A DNA stretch of 64,000 nt from Planctomycetota bacterium (lineage in GTDB: Bacteria; Planctomycetota; UBA11346). Shown here one piece after another: positions 28,200 through 38,537 of the stretch. The position numbers and the translations under genes are program-made. Under the pieces are notes generated by a model. It saw only the letters and a program-made list of their open reading frames with translations. It ran no database searches and had not been told where the DNA came from. The stretch's first letter is position 1. Each line of letters opens with the position of its first letter. The stretch covers positions 32,001-96,000 of the forward strand of contig JBBRLJ010000009.1 of the NCBI GenBank assembly GCA_038231435.1, in the 5' to 3' direction.

Positions 28200-29714
28200 T
28201 CAGTCCAATGACGCCTGTTCGCCGGTGCGGATGACATCCAGCACCTCGGCGGCGGTCTCGGCGTTCTTCAGGCGGTCCTCGACGTACTCGCTGTTCTCGA
28301 GGATGCCGGCGATGCGCGCCTGCAGGCGCTGATGGACGCGCGCCATGCCGGCCGGGGTGAGCAATACGAAGAGCAGATTGGCGCGCTCGGTGGTGCCCTC
28401 GACCGGGATCCCCTGCTCGGAGCGGATGAACAGCAGCGCCGGTCTCGGCAGGCCGGGGATGCGCGCGTGGGGCAGGGCGACGCCCTTGCCGAGGTAGGTG
28501 CCGGCGACGCGCTCACGCTCGAGCACCGCACGGATCACCGATTCGGTGTCGAGTCCCAGGTCGCCCTCGGGGATGCGTGAGAGCGCCTGGCGGATCGCCG
28601 AGGCCAGCGAGCCGGCCTCGATGCCCAGGATGACACGACCGACGGTGATGACCTCGCCCAGCTGGATCGGCGTGTCGACCTCGAACTCGTCGGTGACCGT
28701 GCCGATGATCTCCTCGATGATGTCTTCCATGGTGATGAAGCCAGTCCAGGCGCCCTCGGCGCCGATGACGATGGCGACGTGGATGCGCCGGCGCTGCATG
28801 TCGGCGAGCAGGTTCTCGAGCGCGGTGGACTCCGAGGTGATCAGGTACGGCCGCGCCAGCTTCATCAGATCGGGCTCGGGCATCGGCTGCAGCAGCAAAT
28901 CCTTCACGTGCACCATGCCGAAGGGTTTTTCGGCATGCTCGTTCTCGAGCAGCGGAAAGCGTGAGTAGCGATAGGCCCTCAGCACCTCGAGGTTCATCTC
29001 CCAGGGCGCGTGCAGGTGCAGGAAGCGCACGCTGGCACGGCGGCGCATCGCGTCCGCGACCTTGAGCTCGCCGAGCTCGAAGATGTTCTCCATGAACAGC
29101 AGCCGACGGAACGACATGATGCCGGTGGACTGCGAGCGGTCGAGGATGATGCGCAGCTCATCCTCTGAATGCTGCTCGCCCTCGGCCTGGGGCTTGAGGC
29201 CGAACAGGCGCAAGATCACCTGCGAGGCACCGTTGAGGATCTTGAGCGGGACATAGAAGATGGTGCGCGAGATGCTCAAGGGCAAGGCCGTGAAGGTCGC
29301 CGCCTTGTCCGACAGGCGCAGCGCGACCAGCTTGGGAATCTGCTCGCCGAACAGGATGTGCACACCGGACACCACGAATACGCCGATCAGACTGGCGACG
29401 CCGTGTGCCCATTCATCGACGTGCGGCAGGCCGAGCTTCTCGATGTAGGGCTGCACGAGCATCTTCGCCATCGGCTCGCCGACGAAACCGAGCGCGATCG
29501 AGGCGAAGGTGATGCCGACCTGGCAGACCGAGAGATACTCGTCAAGATTCTCGTTGATGTGCTGGACGAGCTTGGCGCGCGCGTTGCCTTGATTGATCAG
29601 CTCCTCGATCTTCGACGAACGCACCTTCACCGCCGCGAATTCGGCGAGCACGAAGAAGGCGTTCAGCAGCAGCAGGCACGCCGCGGCGATCAGATAGAGC
29701 ATGACGGCGGTCAT
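28200..29714 (-). CDS. CNNM/CorC-family (DUF21 + CBS) membrane protein fused to a PTS EIIA domain
   Basis: LNAFFVLAEFA, QVGIT, GEQIPK, YSRFP, TMEDIIEEIIG motifs; C-terminal LERE..T.LGKGVALPHAR. Confidence 0.88.
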   Translation of the reverse strand: MTAVMLYLIAAACLLLLNAFFVLAEFAAVKVRSSKIEELINQGNARAKLVQHINENLDEYLSVCQVGITFASIALGFVGEPMAKMLVQPYIEKLGLPHVDEWAHGVASLIGVFVVSGVHILFGEQIPKLVALRLSDKAATFTALPLSISRTIFYVPLKILNGASQVILRLFGLKPQAEGEQHSEDELRIILDRSQSTGIMSFRRLLFMENIFELGELKVADAMRRRASVRFLHLHAPWEMNLEVLRAYRYSRFPLLENEHAEKPFGMVHVKDLLLQPMPEPDLMKLARPYLITSESTALENLLADMQRRRIHVAIVIGAEGAWTGFITMEDIIEEIIGTVTDEFEVDTPIQLGEVITVGRVILGIEAGSLASAIRQALSRIPEGDLGLDTESVIRAVLERERVAGTYLGKGVALPHARIPGLPRPALLFIRSEQGIPVEGTTERANLLFVLLTPAGMARVHQRLQARIAGILENSEYVEDRLKNAETAAEVLDVIRTGEQASLD

Positions 29715-29793
29715 CGGGGGGAGCAGTGTCGCAATCCCGCCCGAATGAGAAGAGCCGGCTTGTTAGTGCTTTGCTATACAGTGCTTACACAAG

Positions 29794-32721
29794 TCACAGC
29801 GCCATCGACCGAAGCGGTTCCTGCCAAGCCGCCTTGAGACCATCGATGCCGGCTGCGAGCGCCCCGCCCATCCCGCTGACCCGCAGTTCGCGGTGCGAGG
29901 CGACTTCGCCGACGGCCGCGTGCGGCACGGAACCCAAGAGCGCTCGCGCCTCGGCCAATCGCGCCGCTGGCACGGTGAGCACGATGCGGCTGTTCGATTC
30001 GCTGAACAACAGCTGGTCGAGCCGTTCGAGACCCTTGGCGCGAGGGATCTTCGCGGCGTCGACGTCGAGACCGAACCCGCCCGCAAACGCCATCTCGGCG
30101 AGCGTGACGCCGAGACCGCCATCGGAGCAGTCGTGGGCCGCGGACACCACCCCGGCCCGGCAGCACGCAGCGACCGCGGCGAGCACCGGTTTCGACAGCG
30201 CGCGGTCGAGCTTCGGGATGAAGCCGCCGGACACGCCGAGCATGGCCAGGTACTCGCTACCACCCAGTTCGTCGCGGGTCTCGCCGACCACCACCAGCGC
30301 ATCGCCCGGACGCTTCACGTCCATGGTGACCGCCTTGGTGCAGTCGGGCATGACGGTCATCGCGGTGATCAGGAGCGTATGCGGGATGCGGATGGTGCGT
30401 CCCTCGTAGGTGAACTCGTTCGAGAGGCTGTCCTTGCCCGAGATGAACGGTGTTCCGTAGTACATCGCGAGCTCGTAACAGGCCTGGCATGCGCGCACCA
30501 GGGCGCCGAATACGTCGGGGTCCGTGCATTTCGCCCAGCTGAAATTGTCGAGGATGGCGACGCGCTCGAGCGGCGCTCCGACGCACGCGAGATTGCGCAG
30601 CGCCTCCTCGATGCCGGCGGCGGCGGCATGCCACGCGTCGACGTCCCCGAAGTTGGTGTTGAGCCCGCACGCCACCGCGACCCCGCGGTCGCTGCCGGGG
30701 CGCGGAGCCACCACCGCCGCATCGCTCGGGCCATCATGGGTCACGCCGACCAGCGGCTTCACGATCGAGCCCGCCTGCACCTCGTGGTCGTATTGGCGGA
30801 TCACCCATTCCTTGCTCGCCACGTTGGGCCTGCCGAGCACGCGCGCGAGCGCCTGCCCCAGATCGGCTGGCGCGGCGAACGCCGCTGCCGCCTCGGGCTT
30901 GGGCACGAAGCGGGCCGATCTCTTGAGGCGCGGCACGCCATCGTGCAGGAAATGCATATCCAGGTCGCCGACCTGCTCGCCGTGGTAGCGCAGCTCGAGC
31001 CGGTGGGTGCCGGTGATCTCACCGATGTCGGTCGCGTCGACGCCCTCGGCGGCGAAGATCGCCAACGCCTTGGCGAGCATGGCGGTCGAGACCGCCGCAA
31101 CCATGCGCTCCTGCGACTCGCTGATCCAGATCTCGGCGTAGCTCAGGCCCGCGTACTTCAACGGCACGCGATCGAGATGGACGACGCAGCCGAGCTCGCC
31201 GGCCATCTCGCCGACCGCGCTCGACAGGCCGCCCGCGCCGCAATCGGTGATGGCGGTGAAGCAACCGGCGTCGCGCGCCTGCAGCATGGTGTCGAGGACC
31301 TTCTTCTCCTCGATGGCGTTGCCGATCTGCACCGCGCCGCTTGAGACTACCTCGGACTTGTCGGTGAGCTCGGCGCTGCTGAAGGTGGCGCCGTGGATGC
31401 CGTCGCGGCCGGTGCGGCCGCCGATCACCAGGATATGGTCGCCGATGCGCGCCGCCTTGTCGACCGCCGCGCGCGGGATCAGGCCGCCGGTCCCGCAGAA
31501 CACCACCGGATTGCCGACGTAACGCTTGTCGAAGCGGATGGCGCCGTTGACGGTGGGGATGCCCATGCGGTTGCCATAGTCGCGCACGCCGGAGACCACG
31601 CCGCGCATCAGGCGGCGTGGATGGATGGTGCCGGGCGGCAGCGAATCGGCTTCCGCGTCGAGCTCGCCGAAGCAGAACACGTCGGTGTTGAAGATGGGCT
31701 TGGCGCCGATGCCGGTGCCGATGACGTCGCGCACCACGCCACCGAGCCCGGTGTTAGCGCCGCCGTACGGCTCGATCGCCGACGGGCGGTTATGGGTCTC
31801 GACCTTGATGCAGACGCCGAAATCGTCGTCGTATGCGATGACACCGCTGTTGTCCTTGAACACCGACAAGCACCACGGCGCGGCCAGCTCGGTGGTGGCC
31901 CGGGCGATGGTCTGCTTGAGCAGGTTGTCGATCACCACGGTGCCATGCGGCCCAGGACGCCCGGCGGAATCGACCCCCTGCGGACCGGTGTATTCGACCA
32001 GACCCTTGAGGGTCTTGTGCACGCAGTGCTCGGACCAGGTCTGGGCAAGAGACTCGAGCTCGATGTCGGTGGGTTCGCGCTTGGCCTTGGCGAAGTGCGC
32101 CTGGATCTCGCGCATCTCCTCGAGGGTCAGGCTCAGGCAACCGTCGCGCGACAGCGCGTTCAGGTCTGCGTCGCTGAGATCCGACAGGCGGACCTCCGTG
32201 CGGACGTGTCGGTCCTGGGTGGCGGGCGAGCGCAGCCGGATCGGCTCGACCGGATCGATCGCGACCTCCTCGATGGCCTGGTTGGCCAGGCACTTCCATG
32301 CGAGCTGGCTGAGATCGCCGTCGCTGCCGCCGATCACCTCGAGGCGCGTTCCGACCCGCACCAGCGACAGCCGCATGCCCAGGTCGGCGGCACCCTTGAT
32401 GATCGAGGCCTCGACCGGGTCCATGACGCCGGTCTTGCGCTGCACTTCGATGACGCGCCGCGTGGCGCCGGCAACGCTCCGTCCATTGCCGGCCGGAGCG
32501 ATCGCGGCTCCGGCCACCACGGCGGTTTCGATCACCGGATCGCAGAGCAGGCGTTCGGCGAGCCGCGTGGCCGCCTGGCGATCGATGTCGCCCTCGACCA
32601 GGTAGTAGCGGCTGCGGCGCAGGTCGGTCAGGCGATTGAGCCCGAGCAGCCGCGCCTCGCTGGCCAGGTGGTGGTCGTGGGCCGGCGCCGCCGGCAGGAC
32701 ATCGATGCGGAAGGTGGCCAT
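29794..32721 (-). CDS. purL: Phosphoribosylformylglycinamidine synthase PurL with PurS-like N-terminus
   Basis: QTWSEHCVHK, KVETHNRPSAIEPYGGA, TDCGAGG, SESQERM, ISGKDSL, AHDCSDGGL motifs. Confidence 0.95.
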   Translation of the reverse strand: MATFRIDVLPAAPAHDHHLASEARLLGLNRLTDLRRSRYYLVEGDIDRQAATRLAERLLCDPVIETAVVAGAAIAPAGNGRSVAGATRRVIEVQRKTGVMDPVEASIIKGAADLGMRLSLVRVGTRLEVIGGSDGDLSQLAWKCLANQAIEEVAIDPVEPIRLRSPATQDRHVRTEVRLSDLSDADLNALSRDGCLSLTLEEMREIQAHFAKAKREPTDIELESLAQTWSEHCVHKTLKGLVEYTGPQGVDSAGRPGPHGTVVIDNLLKQTIARATTELAAPWCLSVFKDNSGVIAYDDDFGVCIKVETHNRPSAIEPYGGANTGLGGVVRDVIGTGIGAKPIFNTDVFCFGELDAEADSLPPGTIHPRRLMRGVVSGVRDYGNRMGIPTVNGAIRFDKRYVGNPVVFCGTGGLIPRAAVDKAARIGDHILVIGGRTGRDGIHGATFSSAELTDKSEVVSSGAVQIGNAIEEKKVLDTMLQARDAGCFTAITDCGAGGLSSAVGEMAGELGCVVHLDRVPLKYAGLSYAEIWISESQERMVAAVSTAMLAKALAIFAAEGVDATDIGEITGTHRLELRYHGEQVGDLDMHFLHDGVPRLKRSARFVPKPEAAAAFAAPADLGQALARVLGRPNVASKEWVIRQYDHEVQAGSIVKPLVGVTHDGPSDAAVVAPRPGSDRGVAVACGLNTNFGDVDAWHAAAAGIEEALRNLACVGAPLERVAILDNFSWAKCTDPDVFGALVRACQACYELAMYYGTPFISGKDSLSNEFTYEGRTIRIPHTLLITAMTVMPDCTKAVTMDVKRPGDALVVVGETRDELGGSEYLAMLGVSGGFIPKLDRALSKPVLAAVAACCRAGVVSAAHDCSDGGLGVTLAEMAFAGGFGLDVDAAKIPRAKGLERLDQLLFSESNSRIVLTVPAARLAEARALLGSVPHAAVGEVASHRELRVSGMGGALAAGIDGLKAAWQEPLRSMAL

Positions 32722-32878
32722 TGGGGTGGCGTGAGTGTGTGGGCGTGGCGGGGTCGGCAAGCCGGGGTTCGGTACCAGGCCTGGCGATGTTCGGAATGCG
32801 CCTTTGTGATTGGTAGTCGCGCATCAGGGAGTTAGGTATTTCGGCAGCCCCGCACCGAAACCCCAGGCCCAACGTCCC

Positions 32879-34204
32879 ATGCCCGATCCCTTCAAAGCCT
32901 ACGACATCCGCGGCCTCTACCCGCAGGAACTCGACGAGGATCTCGCCTACCACATCGGCAACGCCACCGCCCAGGTGCTCGGCCTGGCCGGCAAGCGCTA
33001 CACCGTGGGCAGGGACATGCGCATGTCCGGCCCGATGCTCAAGGAAGCGCTGATCCGCGGCCTGGTGGACGCGGGGGTATCGGTGGTCGACGTCGGCATG
33101 CTCTCGACGCCAGCCCTGACCTTCGCGATGCACCATCTGGATACGGCCGGCGGAGCCCAGGTCACCGCCAGCCACAACCCCGCCCCCTACGGCGGCGTCA
33201 AGATCACCGGTCCCGGCTGGAAGCCGATCGGCGGTGGCAGCGGCATGGAGGAGATCGAGGCGCTGGCGCGCGCCAAGAAGGTCGTCAAGGCCGCGGGAGG
33301 CCGCATTGACGAGGCGCTCACCATCGACGCCTACGCGACCTTCCTCGCCAAGCTCTTCAAGCCCTCGCGCCCGCTCAAGGTCGTCGTCGATGGCGGCAAC
33401 GGCATCATCGGCACGATGTTCCAGGCACTGTTGCCCAAGCTCACCGGCATCACCATCGTACCGATGTATTTCGATCCGGATGGGCGCTTTCCGCATCATG
33501 AAGCCAATCCCCTCAAGGAGGAGAACCTCAAGGATCTGATCGCGCGCGTGAAGCTCGAGAAGGCCGACTTCGGCGCCGGCTTCGACGGCGACGGCGATCG
33601 CTGCGCGCTCGTCGACGAGAACGGCAAGATCGTCCCCTGCGATCTCGCCACCGCGATCCTGGCCAAGCATTTCCTCACCACCGAGGGCCCCAGCGCGGTG
33701 GTCTACGATCTGCGCAGCTCGAAGGTGGTGCCGGAATACATCCGCTCGCTGGGTGGCACGCCGGTCGAGACCCGCGTCGGCCACAGCTTCATCAAGAAGA
33801 CCATGAAGGAGCACCACGCCTCCTTCGCCGGCGAGCTCAGCGGCCATTACTATTTCCGCGATTTCTTCGGCGCCGATTCGGGGCTCTACGCCTTCCTGCT
33901 GCTCGGCAACATCATCGCCTCGGCGACGAGCCTCAGCTCACTGGTCAAGCCGCTCGAGAAATATTTCCATACCGGCGAGATCAATTTCAAGGTCGCCGAC
34001 GCGGCCGTGGTCATGCAGCGGATGCGCTCCATGCCCGGTGCCCAGGTCAGCGAGCTCGACGGTGTCACGGTGCGATTCGCGGATTGGTGGTGCAATGTCC
34101 GCGCCTCCAACACCGAGCCGGTGGTACGTCTCAATCTCGAGGCCGACAGCGCGGCGTCGAGGGATGCCAAGCTCATCGAGGTGAGGAAGCTCATAACCGG
34201 GTAG
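32879..34204 (+). CDS. Phosphomannomutase/phosphoglucomutase (alpha-D-phosphohexomutase family)
   Basis: FKAYDIRG, VTASHNP, FDGDGDR, GELSGHYYF, VRASNTEP motifs. Confidence 0.92.
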   Translation: MPDPFKAYDIRGLYPQELDEDLAYHIGNATAQVLGLAGKRYTVGRDMRMSGPMLKEALIRGLVDAGVSVVDVGMLSTPALTFAMHHLDTAGGAQVTASHNPAPYGGVKITGPGWKPIGGGSGMEEIEALARAKKVVKAAGGRIDEALTIDAYATFLAKLFKPSRPLKVVVDGGNGIIGTMFQALLPKLTGITIVPMYFDPDGRFPHHEANPLKEENLKDLIARVKLEKADFGAGFDGDGDRCALVDENGKIVPCDLATAILAKHFLTTEGPSAVVYDLRSSKVVPEYIRSLGGTPVETRVGHSFIKKTMKEHHASFAGELSGHYYFRDFFGADSGLYAFLLLGNIIASATSLSSLVKPLEKYFHTGEINFKVADAAVVMQRMRSMPGAQVSELDGVTVRFADWWCNVRASNTEPVVRLNLEADSAASRDAKLIEVRKLITG

Positions 34205-34288
34205 AATGTCCCCTCGCGGGCCGTGGCCGGCACAAGCCTGAGACGCCCCTGACGAGGAGGACCCATGTTACCGCTCCGTGCAGCCGAA

Positions 34289-35101
34289 TCAGGCCGGCAG
34301 CGTGAAGGTCACCGTTGCGCCTGCATTCAGCTGTCCGGCGATGGCTATCCGTCCGCCGTGCTGCTCGACGATCTTCTTGCACAACGCCAGGCCGACGCCA
34401 TTTCCCGGATAATCCTCGCGGGCATGCAGGCGCTGGAATATGTCAAAGACGCGTGCGCCGTCCGTGTCGACGATGCCGATGCCGTTGTCCGCGACCGTGA
34501 AAACCCATTCCCGATCCTGGCGCTTGGCCGAGATCCTCACCAGCGGCACCACGGACGGCGCTTTCGAGCGGAATTTCACCGGGTTGTCGATCAGCTGCTG
34601 GAACAAGGTGGTCAGCTGGGCGCGATCGGCCACGAGTTCGGGCAAACCTGGGGAGATCTCGACGACAGCCTTGGTGCGCGAAATCGCTTCACCGGTCCTG
34701 ATCACGGCCTCCTGGACCGCCTCGGCCACCTGCATGGGCGCCGGCTTCCGCCCAGTGCCGCAGCGCGAAAACGTCAGCAGGTCGTTGAGCAACTCGTCGA
34801 TGCGCTGCGCCCCCGACATGACGAATCCGAAATACTCCTTCTGCCGATCGTCGAGCGCGGGGAGCTTGCGCTGCAAGAGGCTGAGGAAGCCGGTGATCAT
34901 GCGCACCGGTTCGCGCAGATCGTGCGAGCAGATGTAGACGAACTTGTCCTTCTCGGCGTGGGCCCTCGCGACCTCGCCGCTCAAGCGAGCGATCTCCGCA
35001 TCGGCGTCAACCGGCCCGGATTCGATGGGGACGGGCCCCTGCGACTCCACGCTTGGCGGAGGAGTCGCGGTGCTCGCTGATGAGATGATTCGCTGGGCCA
35101 T
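34289..35101 (-). CDS. Cytoplasmic histidine kinase (HisKA + HATPase), no sensor domain
   Basis: SHDLREP H-box, DNGIGI, FQRLH, GNGVGLALCKKIVEQHGG motifs. Confidence 0.88.
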   Translation of the reverse strand: MAQRIISSASTATPPPSVESQGPVPIESGPVDADAEIARLSGEVARAHAEKDKFVYICSHDLREPVRMITGFLSLLQRKLPALDDRQKEYFGFVMSGAQRIDELLNDLLTFSRCGTGRKPAPMQVAEAVQEAVIRTGEAISRTKAVVEISPGLPELVADRAQLTTLFQQLIDNPVKFRSKAPSVVPLVRISAKRQDREWVFTVADNGIGIVDTDGARVFDIFQRLHAREDYPGNGVGLALCKKIVEQHGGRIAIAGQLNAGATVTFTLPA

Positions 35102-35183
35102 GTTGTCGTCGGTCGTCAAAGCGACTTAAACCCATTGCCGGGAACGGGCAACGACCCGCAGGGGCAAGGCTCGACAAGAATCT

Positions 35184-36824
35184 TCAACGGGGCGCGCCAG
35201 CTGAGGCGACGTAGCCTGGAATCTTGCTCAAGTCGACCGGATCTATCTGTTCCGGGTTCAAGAACTTGCGTGCATAGACCATATGCACCCCTTCATTCAG
35301 GAACACATTGAAGAGATCCGGGTCGATGTGGCCATCCACGGCCATGCGCCCGAGGATCCCCAGGGCCATCGACAGCTTCATCGCCTTCTTGTAGGGGCGA
35401 TCGTCCGCGGTGAGCGCCTCGAAGATGTCGGCGATGCCCATCACCCGCGCCTGCACCGACATCTGCTCGCGCTTGAGGCCCTTGGGGTAGCCCTTGCCAT
35501 CCATGCGTTCGTGATGGCCGCCCGCGAACTCTGGCACGCGGCGCAGATGCTTGGGATACGGCAGCGCCTCGAGCATCTTGATCGTCGCCACGATGTGGTG
35601 GTTGATGACGGCGCGCTCCTCGGGCAGGAGCGTGCCCTTGGCGATGGTCAGATTGCGCACCTCATTTTCTGTCAACAGCTGCTGGAGCGAGCCGTCGGGC
35701 GAGCGCCAGGTGCGGCTTGCGATGGCGCGTACCCGCTCCTGGTCCTCGGGCTTCATGAATTCGCCGCCAGTGTTCACGCGGCGGATGAAGGCGAGGTCCT
35801 CATCGAGCGAGGAGACCGCGGCTGCATAGGCTCCTGCCGCCGCGGCGGCGTCGATGCCCGAGGCGATGTGGCGGAGGTGCTCGATCTCGAGATCGCGCCG
35901 CACCACCTCGAAGCGGGTCTCGATCAGGCCAATGCGGTCGTAGATGGTTTGGAGCTTGGTGGCCTTGTCCATGATCGACTCGGGCGTGGTGATCTTGCCA
36001 CAGTCGTGGATCCACGAGGCGATATGCAGTTCGTAGCGGTCGCCTTCGTTCATCGAGAAATCAGCGAGCGGGCCGCTGGTGGTGCGCGCGGCGGCCTCGG
36101 CGAGCATCATGGTCAGCTCCGGCACGCGCCGGCAGTGGCCGCCGGTGTACGGTGACTTCTCATCGATCGCGGTGGCGATCAGCTGCACGAATGATTCGAA
36201 GAGCTTGCGCATGCCCTCGATGAGTTCGTGCTTGGTCAGCGCCGTCGCCGCCTGCGAGGCGAGGCTCTCGACCAGGCGCTGATCGGCTTCCGAGAACGCC
36301 ACGATCCGCCCGTCGTCCGTGCGGGCGTTCAGGAGCTGCAGCACGCCGGTGATCTCGCCTTCATGGTTTCGCATCGGCACGGTGAGCATCGAAGTCGACC
36401 GGTAGCCGGTCTTCTTGTCGAACGCGCGCGTGCCGGCGAAATCGAAGCCCTCGGCATGGTAGGCATCGGGGATGTTGACGGTCATGCCGCTGAGCACGGT
36501 ATGCGCCACCACCGACGCGTGGTTCGGCCCGCCGTCTTCGCGGCGCAGCGACAGCTGCTTGTAGGGTATCGACACGCCGCTCGAGCCCCCCATCACCAAC
36601 CCGAGGGTGTCGTTGCGCAGCATCTCGAAGCGCAGCAGGCCATCGCTGGTAACCGAATAGACGGTGCCGGCGTCGGAATTGGTGATGTCCTTCGCACCGA
36701 GCAGGATCTGCTCGACCAGGCGCGTGGGGTCCTTCTCGGACGACAGGGCGATGCCGATGGCATTGAGCTTGTCGATGCGTCGCAGCAGTTGAGCGACGGC
36801 GGGAATATCGACGGCGGTGGCCAT
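35184..36824 (-). CDS. GAF + HD-GYP phosphodiesterase
   Basis: GAF FDKKTGYRSTSML.VPM; HDCGK, HHERMDGKGYP, ADIFEALTA.DRPYK motifs. Confidence 0.9.
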   Translation of the reverse strand: MATAVDIPAVAQLLRRIDKLNAIGIALSSEKDPTRLVEQILLGAKDITNSDAGTVYSVTSDGLLRFEMLRNDTLGLVMGGSSGVSIPYKQLSLRREDGGPNHASVVAHTVLSGMTVNIPDAYHAEGFDFAGTRAFDKKTGYRSTSMLTVPMRNHEGEITGVLQLLNARTDDGRIVAFSEADQRLVESLASQAATALTKHELIEGMRKLFESFVQLIATAIDEKSPYTGGHCRRVPELTMMLAEAAARTTSGPLADFSMNEGDRYELHIASWIHDCGKITTPESIMDKATKLQTIYDRIGLIETRFEVVRRDLEIEHLRHIASGIDAAAAAGAYAAAVSSLDEDLAFIRRVNTGGEFMKPEDQERVRAIASRTWRSPDGSLQQLLTENEVRNLTIAKGTLLPEERAVINHHIVATIKMLEALPYPKHLRRVPEFAGGHHERMDGKGYPKGLKREQMSVQARVMGIADIFEALTADDRPYKKAMKLSMALGILGRMAVDGHIDPDLFNVFLNEGVHMVYARKFLNPEQIDPVDLSKIPGYVASAGAPR

Positions 36825-36915
36825 GTGTGGTCGGACGCTCCGTGACTGGAATATCCGCAACCATGGTAGGAAGCCGGTGGGGGACGGCAATGCGCCGCCA
36901 CCCTCCCGCGCCGGC

Positions 36916-38520
36916 TCAAGGCGCGGGTGCGGCTGGCAGCTTGTCAGGTTCCGGCTTCTTGCGCGGGAGCGCCTGGATGGGCCTGGCAGCCGACATCAGG
37001 TCCTTCTTGGTGAGACCCTCACCGTTCAGCCATTTCCGTGCGAACGTTGCAGCCGCGTCCATGCCGACGGCCGCGCGCAACGATTCCAGCCAGTCCGCGT
37101 CCTGGACATAGCCGAAGCGGTGTTCGGCGAGCCACGAACGCAGGAAGCCGAGGAAGGCGTCGTCGCCGATCTGTCGGCGCAGCGCCTGGTACATCAGGGC
37201 CCCTCGACCGTAGATCACCCCCTCGTAGCGGACCATGTCGTAGGCGTCCGCGTCGGACGTCAGCGGCGCGGCGATGGGACCAGCCGAAGCGGTGGCGCAT
37301 TCGAGCAGGCAGGTGTTGAAGCCACCGGCGCCGAGGATCGCGCTCTTGCGCTGTTCGAGATAGTAGCAACCACTCCAGTTGGTCAGGCTCTCGTCGAGCC
37401 ACGGATGCAGCCAGGCGTCGCTGCCGACCATCCCGTACCACCATTGGTGCGCGATCTCGTGAGCCACCACTTCGTTCATCATGAACAGCGGCATCGAGTC
37501 GTGCTGGCCATCGTCGTTGCGCAGCGCCGCATAGGCGTCGCCGCTGATCAGCACCAGCCCAGTGGATTCCATGCCGCCGACGCTGCTGCCGAGCCGCACC
37601 TCGACGATGTCGAGCTCGGAATATGGATACGCGCCGAAGCGTTCGCTGAACAGCGCCAACGCATCGGCGGCCACGTCACGAGCGACGCCGCCTGCGTTGG
37701 CGTCATCGGCGAAGCACCACGACGAGATCCTGGTGTCCCCGACCTGGACGGTGGTCGGGCGCAGTCCCTTCGCCGCCACCATCGCGAGATTGCGCGTGAA
37801 CGGGCTGGCGATGGTCAGATGGACGGTCGCCCCCTCGGCGCGGCGCTCGACCTCGATCCCCGATGACACCAGACTCCAGGCGTCTGGAATGACCACCTCG
37901 GCGATGACGTGCGCACTCTCGCTCTGCGTCGGGTCGCCATGGTCGCCCACCGGATGCAGCTGCCAGGCGCCGTCACGCCAGACGGCGAGGTCGGGATACC
38001 AATTGTACAGGCACTCGACGCCGTCCTCGGCAGCGTTCAGCCCGTAGAGGCCGCCTTCGGACGACATCGTCGCCTGGTATTCGAGCTCGATGCAGGCGCG
38101 GCCATGAGGCGCTAGCGGCGCTGGCAGGGTGATCGAGATCGAGGTGCCATCCGAGCTCGGCTCGACGCGCTGCGCCACGCCATCGACGCGCGCGGCGGTG
38201 ACGCCCATGCTCGCTCCGTGGTACGACTCGGCGTTGGCGAAGGCATGGAACGCGAGCGTAGGCCAGGGATCGGGGGTCCGGTTCACCACCCATAGGCGCA
38301 ACGAGCCGGTGATCGCGCGTCCCTCGGTGTCGAGTCGAGCCCGCACGTGGTAGAGCGGCAGATCGTGGACCGTGGCCAACTCTCGCACGCCCGCGGGTGT
38401 CAGCGCTTTGGCCAGCAGCGGCTGGTCGGCGGTGAACGGTGCATCGAACTCCGACGCGCCCAGCGCCCCGATGCACAGCATCGCCAGCGATAGGAGCGTC
38501 GGCCGAATCCAGAACCGCAT
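36916..38520 (-). CDS. Secreted M1 family metallo-aminopeptidase
   Basis: Signal peptide, GGMES, HEIAHQWW..WLDESL, IYGRGA motifs. Confidence 0.88.
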   Translation of the reverse strand: MRFWIRPTLLSLAMLCIGALGASEFDAPFTADQPLLAKALTPAGVRELATVHDLPLYHVRARLDTEGRAITGSLRLWVVNRTPDPWPTLAFHAFANAESYHGASMGVTAARVDGVAQRVEPSSDGTSISITLPAPLAPHGRACIELEYQATMSSEGGLYGLNAAEDGVECLYNWYPDLAVWRDGAWQLHPVGDHGDPTQSESAHVIAEVVIPDAWSLVSSGIEVERRAEGATVHLTIASPFTRNLAMVAAKGLRPTTVQVGDTRISSWCFADDANAGGVARDVAADALALFSERFGAYPYSELDIVEVRLGSSVGGMESTGLVLISGDAYAALRNDDGQHDSMPLFMMNEVVAHEIAHQWWYGMVGSDAWLHPWLDESLTNWSGCYYLEQRKSAILGAGGFNTCLLECATASAGPIAAPLTSDADAYDMVRYEGVIYGRGALMYQALRRQIGDDAFLGFLRSWLAEHRFGYVQDADWLESLRAAVGMDAAATFARKWLNGEGLTKKDLMSAARPIQALPRKKPEPDKLPAAPAP

Positions 38521-38537
38521 CGGCCGTGTTCCGCCGA

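Noticed and set aside
29794..32721. PurS-like domains fused to PurL
   Set aside because: Already known architecture in several bacterial phyla.
31790..33847. Long antisense or alternative-frame ORFs (e.g. 685 aa here; 11391-12881; 53986-55377)
   Set aside because: Shadow ORFs of high-GC codon bias opposite well-supported genes; no motifs.
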